A DNA stretch of 64,000 nt from NCBI RefSeq assembly GCF_003918875.1, contig NW_025766048.1, forward strand, positions 744,001-808,000, given 5' to 3'. Positions 62,011 through 64,000 of this stretch are shown here, piece by piece; positions within the stretch are counted from its first letter, which is position 1; the number at the start of each line of letters is the position of its first letter. Made by a program: the position numbers and the translations under genes. The notes below the pieces were generated by a model. That model did not search any database. It had not been told where the DNA came from and saw nothing but the letters and a program-made list of their open reading frames with translations. The DNA is from Haliotis rubra. Its lineage: Eukaryota.

Positions 62011-64000
62011 CTGCAAAGGCAAAAATAACTCAGTGAACCAAAGCGTTGTGGGCTGTTTCTTTACTTTTTTGTTTGTTTCGTTCCTTCATTGCTGGTTGGT
62101 GTATGGTTTAACGCCCCACTGGGAAATATCAAAGGCGTCTGGAACAAATAGTCTTCGAGTGCTAGTGTGCATGCATCTGCGGCCACCAAGCTCAGCAATG
62201 TTCTAGCTATATGACAGCAGTCCGTAGATAATGGAATCTGGTCGACGGGATCCAGTGATTGACATCATGAGCATTTGTCCACCCAATTGGAATATGGTGC
62301 ATGTATCAATGAGAATGGGACCACCCGATCCCGTTAGTTGCCTCTTACAAGAAGCATGAGGTTCTGAAGAACTCTGACTGTCCAGTGACTTCTACGTGAA
62401 TGTGATTTGTAATGTTCACGCACAATGATTTCGAGTTAATTTCCCTTTAGAACTGTGGCATTCAGAAGGACAGAGCCCATTCCAGTTTCTTATGTTTTGT
62501 GGGACAAACGGTGGCACAAAGGGCAAGAAGGCGTTGGTCGGTTGTTCGAATCCGTTATTCACCACAAAGTTTAAGGCTAGTATATAATCATCTGAATTTC
62601 AGAAAATCTCGTACTTTTAAAACACCAAGTGTCACAAACCTTTCTACAATGATCAGGACCCTACAAGCTATAATGATTAAAGGGATATAAACATGATCCA
62701 TAACAGAAATCCCAGGCAACAAACTCTGTATCTCAACTTTGGCTGCTCAACTGAGCGTGTGTCCTTTGACTTATCAATATATTGCATGGAACTTATGTAA
62801 AAAACAGGTAGAAGTGATTGTATAAATACTAATTAGTAACACAATTTTTTAAAACAGATGAGGAAAATGTATTTCGAAAGTTTTCCTACCATGTTGCCGT
62901 ATGTGAGTAACCTTGACCTTCAAACGGGTTCATATAGATTTATTTCACTTCTTAAACTACCGCGGATATCGATCTATGGCATTCCGCCAGATACGACGAC
63001 TGAACGGCCGGAAAATCAATTTATAAGTCAACATGGACTTTCACATACTGAAGAGGCTATACTGCAAGCATAAAGTGCTGTGAAAGATAAACAAGACGTT
63101 TCACGTGTCGACCGTGATCCACTTTTGTATTTCCCTTGTGCACCGTTGGCAGTCTCCGATACGAAAATATCCAGGTCCTACTATTCGGTCGTATTTCAGA
63201 ACGTAATAACATACATACATTATTCTGCCGCCGGATTTTGCTGGTGTACATTGAAATCATTACCAAAATATGTCGCGTATTGAAGAGGTTATATTATAAA
63301 TAACCTTATTAGATATTGAGTTCATAATTCTAAAGCATTAACATTCATTAACGAAAAATATCTTAAGTTTCAAACTAATAAAGTGGTCATATGCCATCGA
63401 AATAATTTCTTATATTTCTTCTTTTGTTTGTGAAAGACAACTTAGTCCGGACCAAATGCAGACTGCTAAGGGAGGTAACTCTATTTCGACAAACTGAGCT
63501 ATGACAAATAAACAAGAGTGCTCTCCCCTTGACCAGAGCGGCAGACGAGGGAAGTGTGCTTTTGTGGAGGTGTGAGGTGTTAGTCAATACTAGCAGCCAG
63601 GCAGTTATTGATTCGGCTGCTGGAAGGCTTAACCATCCCAGGTCGTCCCGACCCTTGTCAACAGGTACACTTCTAGATACGTTACATACTTAACTACATT
63701 CCGGGTTGGTGTTTCAATCAGGAACAAAAATGCGTGTCAGGTAGAAATCTAAGGCGGAACATTGTACAATGGCTAGAAATCGAAATGATCTAGTTGAAAT
63801 CTTCAGATAAAACTCAAATGTCAGTTGGGGTAAGGTACGAAAGGTGTTAACATTTGAAATGTTCGTATTGTACTTCAGGCAGATTTCTGTTAGATCAATC
63901 AAAGCAGCTCTGTTGGGTCAAATAATTTCGTGAGAAACGTGATTCAAGACTAGGTGTGAATATTTCATAACGATTGCCACGTCAACAAGCCGTTCAGGCA

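Overview
Eukaryotic, intron-rich and repeat-rich animal genomic DNA, most likely a mollusc (inferred from the long-coil-1b intermediate filament gene with lamin-tail domains and the SINE content). Hand-spliced gene models: a 2-exon glutaredoxin-like gene with an atypical CPDS site (+, 413-1673); a complete 8-exon EXOSC2/RRP4 gene (-, 10451-4201) with a U12-type intron; a 4-exon TMEM141-like gene (+, 12174-15635); and a large cytoplasmic intermediate filament (IF) locus on the - strand whose first exon lies beyond the window. The main finding is that one set of IF rod exons (62010-58591) is followed by a read-through tailless ending and then three serial 4-exon lamin-tail-domain (LTD) cassettes (55013-52881, 38895-36020, ~25390-19225), with no rod exons seen between them. 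Cassette 2 is a younger duplicate with a locally amplified exon. Cassette 3 is about 50% diverged yet keeps open exons and carries an NLS-like RKKRK. The rest is SINEs, LINE fragments, pogo/Tc1/P/hAT/Harbinger-type elements, two large minisatellites and several locally templated insertions. All calls were made by eye; no database searches were run.
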